45,576 nucleotides of DNA from Thermoplasmata archaeon (GCA_034667685.1 JAXDQU010000105.1:1-45576); one strand, 5' to 3'; positions 19,332-28,800 are shown, numbered from the stretch's first letter. A program made the numbers and translations. Notes: generated from the letters alone by a model not told the origin.

Positions 19332-19796
19332 GTGCGCCTGCGCCCCCTGCAGTGGATCGCCGCCGTGCTCGTCGCGCTGGGCTTCGCGAGCTTCGGCTAC
19401 GCCTGGGTCCGCGAGGCGTTCCCGCCGCCCTGTACGCCCGAGGCGCGGGCGAGCTTCTTCGGCTGCGGCTTCGACCTGCTGCCGGGCTTCCTGCGCGCCA
19501 CGGGCCTCGCGTTCCTGCTCGTGGCGGCCGCGTGCCTCGCGGCGGGCGTCTGGCTCGCGCGCAGGCCGCGCGGACGCTGGGGGCAAGGCGCCGTCGTCCT
19601 CGCGTGCGTCGTCGCGGCCGTCGCGCTGGCCGCCCTCGCGGCGTGGGCCGCCAGCCAGGTGCTGATCCACTGCCCCACGTACGCCTGCCTGGGCACGGCT
19701 GGCCGCGTGTGGAGCACGCTGGGCGAGGTGCCGCTCCTGACGGCCGAGGCCGGGGCGCTCGCGACGTTGGCCGCGCTCGCGTTCCCGCAGCGCTAG
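19332..19796 (+). CDS. Hypothetical 4-TM membrane protein
   Basis: Hydrophobic helices with loop Cys pairs; CCTTAAG box ~25 nt upstream. Confidence 0.6.
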   Translation: MRLRPLQWIAAVLVALGFASFGYAWVREAFPPPCTPEARASFFGCGFDLLPGFLRATGLAFLLVAAACLAAGVWLARRPRGRWGQGAVVLACVVAAVALAALAAWAASQVLIHCPTYACLGTAGRVWSTLGEVPLLTAEAGALATLAALAFPQR

Positions 19797-20521
19797 ACGG
19801 CCGCCGGCTCGCCGCGCCTCTGCTTGTTGCTCGTGCGGTGCATGCAGTCGAGCTGCTCGGAGAGGACGCTCTTGGGGACCTCGGGCAGCAGGTGGCCCGA
19901 CTTCACGCGCTTCGTCTCCAGGTAGAACGCATTGTGCGGCGTGGGCGGCACGACGACCTCGATGCGCCCCGTGACCTTGATGCCGTGGTGCTCCAGGTCG
20001 CGCGCCTTGTCGGGGTTGTTCGACATCAGGCGCACGGACTTGACGCCCAGCGCGCGGAGCATCTGCGCGGCGACCTCGTAGTCGCGCTCGTCGGCCTGGA
20101 AGCCCAGCCTCTCGTTGGCCTCGTTCGTGTCGAGCCCCATCTCCTGGAGCTGGTAGGCGCGGATCTTGTTCGCGAAGCCGATGCCGCGCCCCTCCTGCCG
20201 CAGGTACAGGATCGCGCCCGCGGGCATCTCCTGCACCTTCTCCATCGCAAGCTCCAGCTGCTGGCGGCAGTCGCACCGGAACGACGTGAACGCGTCGCCC
20301 GTCAGGCACTCGGAGTGCAGGCGGACCGGCACGTCCTCCTTGCCCGTGATATCACCGTGCACGAGCGCCGCGTGCTCCTTCGACTCGTCGGGCGCGTGGA
20401 ACGCCACGACCTGGAAGTGGCCGAAGCGCGTCGGAAGCTCCGCGACGGCGGACACGCAGACCGCGCGCTCCGCCGCCACGTCGCGCAGGATGTCCTCGAC
20501 GCTCGGCTTGGGGATGCCCAT
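19793..20521 (-). CDS. ribA: GTP cyclohydrolase II
   Basis: LPTRFG, VRLHSECLTGD..S.RCDC.QQL (three Zn Cys), YLRQEGRGIG..NKI.AY, LMSNNPDK, YLETK..KSGHL. Confidence 0.95.
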   Translation of the reverse strand: MGIPKPSVEDILRDVAAERAVCVSAVAELPTRFGHFQVVAFHAPDESKEHAALVHGDITGKEDVPVRLHSECLTGDAFTSFRCDCRQQLELAMEKVQEMPAGAILYLRQEGRGIGFANKIRAYQLQEMGLDTNEANERLGFQADERDYEVAAQMLRALGVKSVRLMSNNPDKARDLEHHGIKVTGRIEVVVPPTPHNAFYLETKRVKSGHLLPEVPKSVLSEQLDCMHRTSNKQRRGEPAAV

Positions 20522-20545
20522 GCTGCGCGAGTCGCCCCTCCTTGG

Positions 20546-20552
20546 CTTATAG
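20546..20552 (-). promoter_or_regulatory. TATA box of ribA
   Basis: Minus-strand CTATAAG 25-31 nt upstream of ATG 20521. Confidence 0.55.
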
Positions 20553-20706
20553 ATGGAGCTTCCAGGGGGAGGAGCATCCTTTCCTGGAGGGGAGCGCCCG
20601 GCGCGCAGCGCCGCGGCGCGTGTCGAGCTTATCGCCCCCGAAGCCGCGCTTCAGCGCGGCGGAGCGGGGCGCGTAGGGAGTATTGCCGGCTGGTACGCCA
20701 GCCGAG

Positions 20707-20781
20707 GGCCGGGACCGTGATTTGAACACGAGTCCGGGGATCCACAGTCCCCAAGGATGACCAAGCTACCCCATCCCGGCC
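20707..20781 (-). tRNA. tRNA-His(GUG) with genomically encoded G-1; CCA not encoded
   Basis: Acceptor stem GCCGGGA/TCCCGGC, anticodon arm GGGGA-CT GTG GA-TCCCC, T-loop TTCAAAT, discriminator C73; TTTTAAG box upstream (~20827-20833). Confidence 0.95.
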
Positions 20782-20848
20782 AGGAATGGACCCCCGTGGG
20801 GGCTGGTTCGGGAGCCGCCTCGCCGCCTTAAAACTTGGCTCGACCCCA

Positions 20849-20909
20849 AGCCCGCTTTCGATTCCGAGCCCCAGCCCGCAGGGCTCGGAAGAGGAATCGG
20901 AATCGGGCT
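20849..20909. repeat. Palindromic element with tandem 6-mer arms
   Basis: AGCCCGCTTTCGATTCC / GGAATCGGAATCGGGCT (15/17 complementary); inner TTCCGAGCCC / GGGCTCGGAA. Confidence 0.7.
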
Positions 20910-22260
20910 AGGGCGCTGGAAGCGTCACGGGAATGAGGCCCGTCGGGCTCGCCGGCGTGGGCGCCGCGTGGCCGGGCGCGTACAGGGAGTCGCCGCCCAC
21001 CTGGCTCGCGACGAGGCACGCTGGGCCGGAGCCGGCGTCGCCCATGAACGCGAGGTGGACCATGCCGTCGGGGCCGACGTCCATCGTGAAGAAGTCGCCC
21101 AGGCTCCGGTCGGGGCCGTTGGGCACGAGCCCTTCGGTGCTGATGGTGCCGGTGTGGATCGGCTGTTGCGTGACGCGCGCCTGCTGCCAGCGGGCGCCGC
21201 CGTCGAGGCTCTGGGCTTCGATGACGTTCCACTTGGCGCTCTTCATGCCGGTCTGGTCGTTGGGGTCGCCCACCGTGGGCGTCTCGTACCACGCGACCGC
21301 GATGCGGCCCGCGTCGCCCGCGACGATCCAGGGGAAGACGCGCGTGCCGGCGCCGCTGGTGATGACCTGCGGGGCGCTCCACGTGGCGCCGTCGTCCTTC
21401 GACGCGACGACCTTGACCGCGCTGCCGCCGCCTGATAGCATCTCGGCGTAGGCGACGTACCACGCGCCCGCGGAGTCGGCGGCGAGGCCGGCGAAGTCGT
21501 TGCCGACGCTGCCCAAGGCCTTCGCGGCGACCTTCTGCGTCCACGTCGTGCCCATGTCCTTGGAGACCGAGAAGCAGATCGCCGGCCCGTCGCAGTTGTA
21601 GACGACGGCGACCTCGCCGGTCTTGGGGTTGGCGACGAGCGGGCCGTCCTGCCAGTCGCCGCCGTTGACGTTGGGGTTGATCCACGGGTTGCCGGCGAGG
21701 ACCCACGTCGTCCCGCCGTCGTCGCTGCGCGAGACCCACGAGGCGACGGCCGGCGCGAACGTGCGGCCCAGGAAGTAGGCGTGGCCGACCTTGTCCACGG
21801 TGTTCCACTCGCGGTCGTAGTAGGGGACCTCGCTGGAGATGGGGGCCGAGGTCCACGTCGCGCCCGCGTCGTGCGAGACGCTCATCGTCGCGCTGCCGGC
21901 CCACAGGTCGGTGACGTAGATGCTATCATCGGGCGCGATGGCGAGGCTCGTGTCGCCGCCGCCCAGGGGCGTGGGGTTCGGCGTCAGGACCTTCCAGGTC
22001 GCGCCTCCGTCCGTGCTCTTCCAGAGCGCGCTGCCGGTGGGCAGCCCCGCGGGCGCGCTGACGTAGATGGCGCCCTTGTGGTCGACGGCGAGGGAGGGCT
22101 CGCTGACGGCGGAGGAGCCGGGGATCGGGACGACCTTGAAGAGCGCCGAGCCCGAGCCGGAGGGGGGCGAGACGACGGCGCCAGGCCCGCTGTCGGTCTG
22201 CACGCAGCCTGCGATCGCGACGCCCGCCAGGAGCGACGCGACGAGGAGGCGGGGAAGCAT
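20908..22260 (-). CDS. Lipoprotein with BNR/Asp-box (sialidase-like) beta-propeller
   Basis: Lipobox IAGC; Asp-boxes STDGGATW, SHDAGATW, SDDGGTTW, SKDMGTTW, SKDDGATW, SLDGGARW; LGDFF. Confidence 0.85.
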   Translation of the reverse strand: MLPRLLVASLLAGVAIAGCVQTDSGPGAVVSPPSGSGSALFKVVPIPGSSAVSEPSLAVDHKGAIYVSAPAGLPTGSALWKSTDGGATWKVLTPNPTPLGGGDTSLAIAPDDSIYVTDLWAGSATMSVSHDAGATWTSAPISSEVPYYDREWNTVDKVGHAYFLGRTFAPAVASWVSRSDDGGTTWVLAGNPWINPNVNGGDWQDGPLVANPKTGEVAVVYNCDGPAICFSVSKDMGTTWTQKVAAKALGSVGNDFAGLAADSAGAWYVAYAEMLSGGGSAVKVVASKDDGATWSAPQVITSGAGTRVFPWIVAGDAGRIAVAWYETPTVGDPNDQTGMKSAKWNVIEAQSLDGGARWQQARVTQQPIHTGTISTEGLVPNGPDRSLGDFFTMDVGPDGMVHLAFMGDAGSGPACLVASQVGGDSLYAPGHAAPTPASPTGLIPVTLPAP

Positions 22261-22316
22261 GCGTTGGGGTCCCATCTCCCCCGATTTAAGCATTCCAGGA
22301 GTGTCCTTTGAGTGAT

Positions 22317-24125
22317 CTATGGGGCCTGGCCGAAGGCCGTCCAGTTGATGCGGAAGACCTGCACGCCGCTCTCGTTGTAGACGGGCGAGAAGAGCGTGGA
22401 GTTGTCGAACTTCGCGACGGCCGCAGGGCTCATCGGCGCGCTGTTCTCCCATTGCAGGAGCGTCACGCCCTGCTCGATCTGCGGCGAGAGGAATACGTAG
22501 TCGACGCGGCCGTGCGCGTGGCCCAGCGCTGGGATCTGCGCGTCCGAAAGCTCGGCGCGCACCGCGCTCAGGTTGTCGGCGTGGTACGTCTGCGGCGTGT
22601 AGTCCCACGTCGCGTCGAGGTCCGCGAGGCCCCAGAGGAGCGAGCTGACGCGGTGGTCCGCCGCGATGGTGGAGCCCGCGGGGATGATATCATGGTGGTC
22701 TGCCATCCACTGCACCGCGGTCAGCTCGTCGGCGCTGATCCCCTCCTCGAAGCCCCCGAGCACCTCGCGCGGAGGGTTGGAGAGGGCGGCGGAGACGACG
22801 AGGAGCGCGACGAAGGCCGCGATGAGGTTCACGCGCCAGCGCGCGCGATCTGCGGGCACGCGCGAGACGAGCAGCTCGTCGTAGACCGCGACGACGCCGA
22901 TGGCGACGAGCACCGCCATCGCCTCCACCATGTAATCCACGTGGCGGAACGGGAAGAGGACGTGGCTGTTGGTGGCGATGGCGAAGGCGAGCGAGGCGAG
23001 GATCGCGTAGAGCCACCCGCCGATCATCGTGCCCTGGCGGTAGAAGCGCGCCAGCGAGACGCCCAGGGGCAGGAAGCAGAGGACCGCGACGAGCGGCAGC
23101 GCGTACCAGAACGTGGCCCACGTGAGCTTGATGTCGGAGCCCGGCAGCCGCACGAGGACCAGCGCGATCAGCACTGCGGTGAAGAGGAGGAAGCCGCCCA
23201 CGATGAGCCGGCGCTGGCGCGGGAAGCCCGGGTGGCGCGGGAGCAGGAACCAGCGCGCGCGGGCCCGCTTGTAGACGACGAGCGCCGGCAGCGCGGCGAG
23301 CGCCACGAGGAACGCGACCGCCGTGAGCCACGGGTTGAGCTTGATGGCGTCCCCGACGATCTGGTCGCGGAACGGCGTGGCGACCGCGAGCCACCACACG
23401 AGCGTGAACGCCAGCAGCCCCGCCACGAGGGGGATCTCGACGCGCAGGCGCGGCACGTCGTAGTGGTCCTGCGTCAGCTCGCGCCAGACCGGGATCATGG
23501 CCAGGACGCCGATGGCGAAGTAGGTGGAGAGGTGGTGCGTGAGCACAAGCGCAATGCCCACGAGGCCCAGCCACGCGAAGTGCGTCCGGTCGCGATAGCT
23601 TTCGGGGAGCATCGCCAGCATGCCCAGGAGGAGCACCTGGCCCAGCGTGCCGGGCATGGCGTGGCTGGTCGTGATCGCGATGGCGGCGGTGACGGCGCTG
23701 AACGCCGCGGCCACCAGCGCGACGCGCGGGTCGCTCGTGACGCGGTACGCGAGGAGGCCCACGAGCACCGGCAGCAGCGCCGAGAGCACCGGGGTCGTCC
23801 AGAGCGTCGCGTGCGTGACGTCGACGCCCACGACCGCGCTCACCGCGGCGCTCACGACGAACATGCCCGGGAAGTACGGGTACGCGACGCCCCAGCCCTG
23901 GTAGGGGAAGCTCACGTGCCCTGTGGCGAGGAGCCGCCGGCTCAGGTACACGTACTCGCCCGAGTCGGAGCCCCACACGCCGAAGCGGATCGTGGGCCAG
24001 AGGCGCACCGCGAGCGCGACGGCCATCGCCGCGAGCATCAGCCACGGCGCCGCGCGGCGGAAGGCCGGGCCTGCGAGCATGGACTTGTCCAGCCCGTCGC
24101 GGCGCAGCCGGCTCAGCGTGGCCAC
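22317..24125 (-). CDS. Polytopic GT-C-fold glycosyltransferase-like membrane protein
   Basis: About 12 TMs, first loop WGSDSGEY with acidic residues, YPYFPG, THHLS, and an extracellular C-terminal domain (AVQWM...VYNESGVQVF). Confidence 0.7.
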   Translation of the reverse strand: MATLSRLRRDGLDKSMLAGPAFRRAAPWLMLAAMAVALAVRLWPTIRFGVWGSDSGEYVYLSRRLLATGHVSFPYQGWGVAYPYFPGMFVVSAAVSAVVGVDVTHATLWTTPVLSALLPVLVGLLAYRVTSDPRVALVAAAFSAVTAAIAITTSHAMPGTLGQVLLLGMLAMLPESYRDRTHFAWLGLVGIALVLTHHLSTYFAIGVLAMIPVWRELTQDHYDVPRLRVEIPLVAGLLAFTLVWWLAVATPFRDQIVGDAIKLNPWLTAVAFLVALAALPALVVYKRARARWFLLPRHPGFPRQRRLIVGGFLLFTAVLIALVLVRLPGSDIKLTWATFWYALPLVAVLCFLPLGVSLARFYRQGTMIGGWLYAILASLAFAIATNSHVLFPFRHVDYMVEAMAVLVAIGVVAVYDELLVSRVPADRARWRVNLIAAFVALLVVSAALSNPPREVLGGFEEGISADELTAVQWMADHHDIIPAGSTIAADHRVSSLLWGLADLDATWDYTPQTYHADNLSAVRAELSDAQIPALGHAHGRVDYVFLSPQIEQGVTLLQWENSAPMSPAAVAKFDNSTLFSPVYNESGVQVFRINWTAFGQAP

Positions 24126-24170
24126 GCGGCGGCATCGGGGCGGCCCGCCTTAAGCGAATCTGCCCGCGAA

Positions 24171-24257
24171 TCGGGGCTCAGGACTCTGGACTCGGGGCTC
24201 ACCGGCTGCTCGGCGAGCGGGAGCCCTGAGTCCAGAGTCCTGAGTCCTGAGCCCCGA
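24171..24257. repeat. Palindromic element with tandem 7-mer arms
   Basis: Left GGGGCTC AGGACTC TGGACTC GGGGCTC; right GAGCCCT GAGTCCA GAGTCCT GAGTCCT GAGCCCC; 20-nt spacer; lies between divergent promoters (CTTAAG at 24149, CGTTTATC at 24269). Confidence 0.85.
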
Positions 24258-24300
24258 GGGGGCGGCTACGTTTATCCCGCGAGGCTGCCTCCGCCGCCCC

Positions 24301-25884
24301 ATGCATTGGGCCGACGTCCTGGCGAAGGAGCTTGCGGAGCGCGGCTCGCGCCACGTCCTCGCCACCGCCATCACGCCCTCGGGCCCGATCCACGTGGGCA
24401 ACATGCGCGAGGTGCTCACGACCGAGCTGGTCTATCGGAGCGTCGACAAGCTGGGCTGCGACGCCGAGCTGATCTACATCGGCGACACGTACGACCCGCT
24501 GCGCAAGGTCTACCCGTTCCTGGACGCGGCGAAGTACCAGGAGCACGTGGGCAAGCCGCTCTGCGACATCCCCTGCCCCGACGGCTGCCACGACAACTAC
24601 GCGGCGCACTTCCTCGAGCCGTTCCTGAAGGACCTGGAGGCGCTCGGCGTGCGGCCGCGCGTGTTGCTGGCCCACGAGATGTACCGCAAGGGCATGTACC
24701 TCGACGCGACGAAGGACGCGCTGGAGGCGACGAAGGAGGTCGACGAGATCATCGCGCGCGTCTCGGGGCGCGCCCTTCCGAAGAATTGGATCCCGTTCAA
24801 CGTGCAATGCGCGGGCTGCCAGCGACTCAACGGGCCGATCCCGACGCTCTACGAGTTCCCCTTCATCGAGTACCGGTGCGAGGCGTGCGGCCACGAGGGC
24901 AAGAAAGATATCAGGGTGCCGGGCGAGGGCAAGCTTCCCTGGCGCGTCGATTGGCCCGCGCGCTGGAAGTTCCTGGAGGTCACGTTCGAGGCGATGGGCA
25001 AGGACCACGCCGCGGCCGGAAGCTCGTGGGACACGGGCATCGAGATCAGCCGGAAGGTCTTCGGCTACGAGCCCCCGACGCGCACGGTGTATGAGTTCAT
25101 TCAACTGAAGTCCGGCGGCGCGATGCACAGCAGCGCCGGGAACGCGATCAGCGGCTCCGAGATGCTCCGGATGACGCCGCCCGAGACGCTGCGCTTCCTC
25201 ATCGCGCGCTATCAGCCCGGCAAGCACATCGACTTCGATCCGGGCATGGGCATCATCGACCTCGTCAACGAGTACGACCGCTGGGAGCAGGCGTGCTTCA
25301 CGGGCGGCCCGCAGGCACGCGACGATCCGCAGTTCAAGGAGCTGGACCGCGTCATCGAGCTCTCGCAGCCCAGCGGCCGCGTGCCCACCGAGGCGCCCCC
25401 CGCGATTCCCTACAATCACCTCGTGCTGCTCACGGACTTGACGGGCGGAGACTGGCAGAAGGTCAAGGCCATCCTCCTGCGCAGCGAGATGGTCGACCGC
25501 CTGACGCCCGAGGACGAGACGCACCTGAAGGCGCGCGTCGAGCACGCGAGGTACTGGCTCCAGCGCTTCGCCCCCGCCGAGGCGCGCACGAAGCTCGCCG
25601 AGACGTGGACGCCGGACCTCGCCGCGCAGCTTGGCGAGAACGAGCGCCGCTTCCTCCACGCGCTGCACGGCCGCCTCGCCGCGGGCGCCGCGAGCGCCGA
25701 GGCGATCCACAACGCGATCCACGAGAGCGCCAAGGAGGTCGGCCTGGGCGGCGGCAAGGCGTTCCAGGCGATCTACGTCGCGTTCCTGGGCGCGAAGAAG
25801 GGCCCCCGCGCCGGGCACTTCCTCGCGAGCCTCGACAAGCACTTCGTGCTGAGGCGCCTGCAGGATGCCAGCCACGCTGCGTGA
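24301..25884 (+). CDS. lysS: Class I lysyl-tRNA synthetase
   Basis: MHWAD, ITPSGPIHVGNMRE, GKLPWRVDWPARW, EAMGKDH, AMHSSAGN (KMSKS-like), LGAKKGPRAG. Confidence 0.97.
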   Translation: MHWADVLAKELAERGSRHVLATAITPSGPIHVGNMREVLTTELVYRSVDKLGCDAELIYIGDTYDPLRKVYPFLDAAKYQEHVGKPLCDIPCPDGCHDNYAAHFLEPFLKDLEALGVRPRVLLAHEMYRKGMYLDATKDALEATKEVDEIIARVSGRALPKNWIPFNVQCAGCQRLNGPIPTLYEFPFIEYRCEACGHEGKKDIRVPGEGKLPWRVDWPARWKFLEVTFEAMGKDHAAAGSSWDTGIEISRKVFGYEPPTRTVYEFIQLKSGGAMHSSAGNAISGSEMLRMTPPETLRFLIARYQPGKHIDFDPGMGIIDLVNEYDRWEQACFTGGPQARDDPQFKELDRVIELSQPSGRVPTEAPPAIPYNHLVLLTDLTGGDWQKVKAILLRSEMVDRLTPEDETHLKARVEHARYWLQRFAPAEARTKLAETWTPDLAAQLGENERRFLHALHGRLAAGAASAEAIHNAIHESAKEVGLGGGKAFQAIYVAFLGAKKGPRAGHFLASLDKHFVLRRLQDASHAA

Positions 25885-25966
25885 GCGCTGGAACGCGCTT
25901 CCGATCTGGGCGCGCTGGCCGCTCGCCATCCTAGCGTTCATGCGCTGAGCCGGGCGTCCCGCGGCG

Positions 25967-27028
25967 TTGGCCGACTTCGCCATCGTCCGCGCGCACGCCC
26001 ACGCCACGTCGCGCACGCCCGGCGGCGTCGAGCGCTGGGAGGCGGACCTCGTGCGCGCGCTGGCGGGCCGTGTGGACGCGCTCGCGGACGGGGAGGCGCC
26101 GCGCCACCGCTACCGCGTCGTCCACGCCGAGACCGCGTACGGCAAGCGCCTCGCGCGCGAGATGCGCGCCAAGCTCGTGCAGACGTTCCACGGCGCCGCG
26201 TGGCTGATGGCGCGGCACGGCTATCAAACGGGCCGGCGCGGGATCTACCGCGTCGGCCAGACCGGCGTCTACGCGATGCTGACGTTGGACTATGCGCGCA
26301 CCCTGGCGCGCGTCGACGCCGCGGTGTGCGTGAGCCGCAAGGTGCGCGACCACCTGCGCGCGCAGACCGTCGCGCACAAGCGCAAGGTCGTCCTCATCGA
26401 GAACGGCGTGGACGTCGAGCGCTTCCACCCGCCCGCGCAGCCCGAGCGCGGCGAGCGCGCGCTCTTCTACGGCCGGCTGGAGCCCAACAAGGGTTTGCCG
26501 CAGCTCCTCGACGCCGTGGGCCCGGACGTGCCGCTCGACGTCGCGGGCGGCGGGTCGCTCGCGCCGCTCGTCGAGCGCGTCGCCCGCGAGCGCCCGAACG
26601 TGCGCTTCCTGGGCGCGCTGGGGCAGGAGGACCTCGTCGCGGCGATCGGCCGCGCGCGTCTGGTCTGCACGCCGAGCCTCAACGAGACGTTCGGCCTCGT
26701 GGGCATCGAGGCGCTGGCCTGCGGCACGCCCGCGGTGCTCACGCGCGAGTTCGACGTCCACGGCGAGACGGGACGATTGCTATCACGCTGCGAGCCGACG
26801 CCCGCCAGCATCCGCGAGGCGATCCGCGCCGCGTGGGACCTCAAGACGCCGGCGTGGAGCCGCGCCGCGCGCGAGGCCGTCTGCCGCGAGTACGACTTCC
26901 GGGGGCGGGCGCGGGCGTACCTCGCGCTCTACGAGCACCTGGCGGCGGGCGGCGCGCCGCGCGACTTCGCGCATCCGGAAGCGGCGGCGCCGGATGCGCA
27001 GCCTGCCGGTCGCGGCCGGAAACCTTAA
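25967..27028 (+). CDS. GT4 (GT-B) glycosyltransferase
   Basis: IENGVD..RF, FYGRLEPNKG, PSLNETFGLVGIEALACGTP. Confidence 0.9.
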   Translation: MADFAIVRAHAHATSRTPGGVERWEADLVRALAGRVDALADGEAPRHRYRVVHAETAYGKRLAREMRAKLVQTFHGAAWLMARHGYQTGRRGIYRVGQTGVYAMLTLDYARTLARVDAAVCVSRKVRDHLRAQTVAHKRKVVLIENGVDVERFHPPAQPERGERALFYGRLEPNKGLPQLLDAVGPDVPLDVAGGGSLAPLVERVARERPNVRFLGALGQEDLVAAIGRARLVCTPSLNETFGLVGIEALACGTPAVLTREFDVHGETGRLLSRCEPTPASIREAIRAAWDLKTPAWSRAAREAVCREYDFRGRARAYLALYEHLAAGGAPRDFAHPEAAAPDAQPAGRGRKP

Positions 27029-27045
27029 TGCTTACAAGATGTAAG
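27019..27045 (+). promoter_or_regulatory. Promoter and palindromic operator of the HxlR-type gene
   Basis: GAAACCTTAATG (27019-27030) followed directly by CTTACA-AGA-TGTAAG (27031-27045), which reaches the GTG start. Confidence 0.65.
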
Positions 27046-27398
27046 TGAGCTTTGTGACGGACGCGGTCGCCGAGCTCCTGGCGCAACGGCATGCCTTGCG
27101 CATCCTGCATTTCCTTCACGGAAAGGCGCCCCGTCGCTTCAGCGAGATCCAGAAGGGCCTCCGCCTCAACCCTGCGCAGGTCGATCGCGCGCTCAAGGGG
27201 CTCGTCCGCGGCGGCTGGCTCGTCCCCACGACCGACGTGGCCTCGCCCCAGGCGAAGCGCGTCGTCGTCCGCTACGGACTGACCAAGCGCGGCGAAGCGA
27301 TCGTGAAGGCCTTGCACGGCTTCCGCGTCGAGGCCGAGAAGCAGAAGAAGGCCTTGGGCGAGGAGATGGTCGAGGAGATCCGCGCGCTCCTGGCGTGA
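27045..27398 (+). CDS. HxlR-family winged-helix regulator
   Basis: L.IL..L....RRFSEIQK.L.......L..L...GWL.......VRYGLTKRG. Confidence 0.8.
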   Translation: MSFVTDAVAELLAQRHALRILHFLHGKAPRRFSEIQKGLRLNPAQVDRALKGLVRGGWLVPTTDVASPQAKRVVVRYGLTKRGEAIVKALHGFRVEAEKQKKALGEEMVEEIRALLA

Positions 27399-27439
27399 GC
27401 CGGCATGTCCTCTTCGCGCCCGAGCTGTGAAGCTCTCGC

Positions 27440-28093
27440 TCAGCTCGACTTCGTCTCCAGGAGCGGCGCCACCTTCTCGACGCGGCTGCGCCACGCCGCG
27501 AGGTTCGGAAGCTCGCGCGGGACGGGGTTCCCGGTGTACGGGAGCGGGTTCGTCGCGCCGTAAAGCGCGAAGTCGGCGAGGCTGGGCTCCTCGCCGAGGA
27601 GATAGCTCGACTCCGCGAGGCGGTCGTCCGCGGGCTTGAGCGTGGCGATCATCGCCTTGAGGTGCTTGGGCTTGGCGAGCGCCATCTCGTCGAGGTCGCC
27701 GCGCTTGCGCATCTGGAGCTCCTCGAAGACCCACGCCTCGCGCGGGTCGGCGAACGTCTTGCGGGCGTCGGGGGCGACGACGCGCCAGACCATCTCCTCG
27801 ACGACCTCGTGCGACCAGCTCTCCAGCATCCGCGCGAGGTTGCGCGTGCCCTTGGGGTAGATCGTCGGCGTCGGGACCTTCTGCTCCAGGAAGTCCGGGA
27901 TGTCGTGCCACTTGACGCCGTGGTCCTCCCAGAGCAGGTAGGGCACGTAGTCCTGCCCCGAGACGGCGAGGAGGTCCTGCCGGTCGTGGTAGGGCGCGTA
28001 CTGGAACTGGTAACGGATCCCCTTGTAGCCGAGGATGCGCTTCGCCTTCACCACGTGGTGCGAGAGGTCGAGGCCGTAGAGCAGGACCGCCAT
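27440..28093 (-). CDS. Glutathione S-transferase family protein
   Basis: Thioredoxin-like N-domain (L.YKGI.Y, SGQDYVPYL) and C-domain YLLGEEPSLADFALYG...PNLAAWRSRV. Confidence 0.85.
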   Translation of the reverse strand: MAVLLYGLDLSHHVVKAKRILGYKGIRYQFQYAPYHDRQDLLAVSGQDYVPYLLWEDHGVKWHDIPDFLEQKVPTPTIYPKGTRNLARMLESWSHEVVEEMVWRVVAPDARKTFADPREAWVFEELQMRKRGDLDEMALAKPKHLKAMIATLKPADDRLAESSYLLGEEPSLADFALYGATNPLPYTGNPVPRELPNLAAWRSRVEKVAPLLETKSS

Positions 28094-28178
28094 GCGACTG
28101 CCACATGGGAGGCGTTGGATAAGTCTTCGTCAAAACCGATCCGGATTCGGCATGCCCTCCTGCGCATCCTCAGGCGTG

Positions 28179-28754
28179 GTGAGCTTGTTGCGCAAGACAG
28201 CCCTGATCGCAGCCCTCCTCCTGACCATTCCCCTCGCGAGCTCGGCGTTCGCCCTTCCGCTCCCGGTCCCGCCGCAACCCTCCCCCGACCCCACCCCGGG
28301 CGGCGGGGCCGGGACCAACAACGGCACGAACAACGGCACCGGCAACCAGACCGGCGGCAACAACTCGACCTCGCCGCCCCCCACGGGCCTCGCGGTCCAG
28401 GTCAACGGCCCGACCGTCGCCGTGGCGGGCTCGACCTACACGTTCGTCTTCTACGTGGGCTGGCACGCCTCGGGTGACCCGCGTCCCAGCGGCAACACGA
28501 GCGGCAACAACACGACCCAGCCCGGCAACGGGCACGCCAAGACCGAGACCGTCTCGCTGGCGGCCTCGCTGGTGGGCGCCGCGGGCACCGTGTCGATTCC
28601 CGCGAGCGCCACGGTGACGGACGGGGCTTGGACGCGCCTCCAGGGCCAGGTCACGTTCGACGTGACCTCCCTGCCGGGCTCGGGCGAGATCCGGATCCGC
28701 GCCACGGATGCCGACGGCACGGCCGAGGGGGACTCGTTCTTCCAGGTCGTCTGA
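28179..28754 (+). CDS. Secreted protein with Asn/Gly/Pro-rich linkers and an Ig-like domain
   Basis: Signal MSLLRKTALIAALLLTIPLASSAFA; many N-x-S/T sequons; start may be GTG 28176. Confidence 0.7.
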   Translation: MSLLRKTALIAALLLTIPLASSAFALPLPVPPQPSPDPTPGGGAGTNNGTNNGTGNQTGGNNSTSPPPTGLAVQVNGPTVAVAGSTYTFVFYVGWHASGDPRPSGNTSGNNTTQPGNGHAKTETVSLAASLVGAAGTVSIPASATVTDGAWTRLQGQVTFDVTSLPGSGEIRIRATDADGTAEGDSFFQVV

Positions 28755-28800
28755 AGCGCGCCTCAAGGCTCAAGACCCCCGTTGTCAAGGTGACCCCGCC

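Noticed and set aside
20522-20706. FMN riboswitch upstream of ribA
   Set aside because: No RFN consensus segments are visible, and a TATA box ~25 nt from the ATG leaves no room for a long leader.
20707-20781. tRNA-His as an integration site for an island containing VapBC
   Set aside because: No integrase and no duplicated tRNA 3' end were seen in the window.
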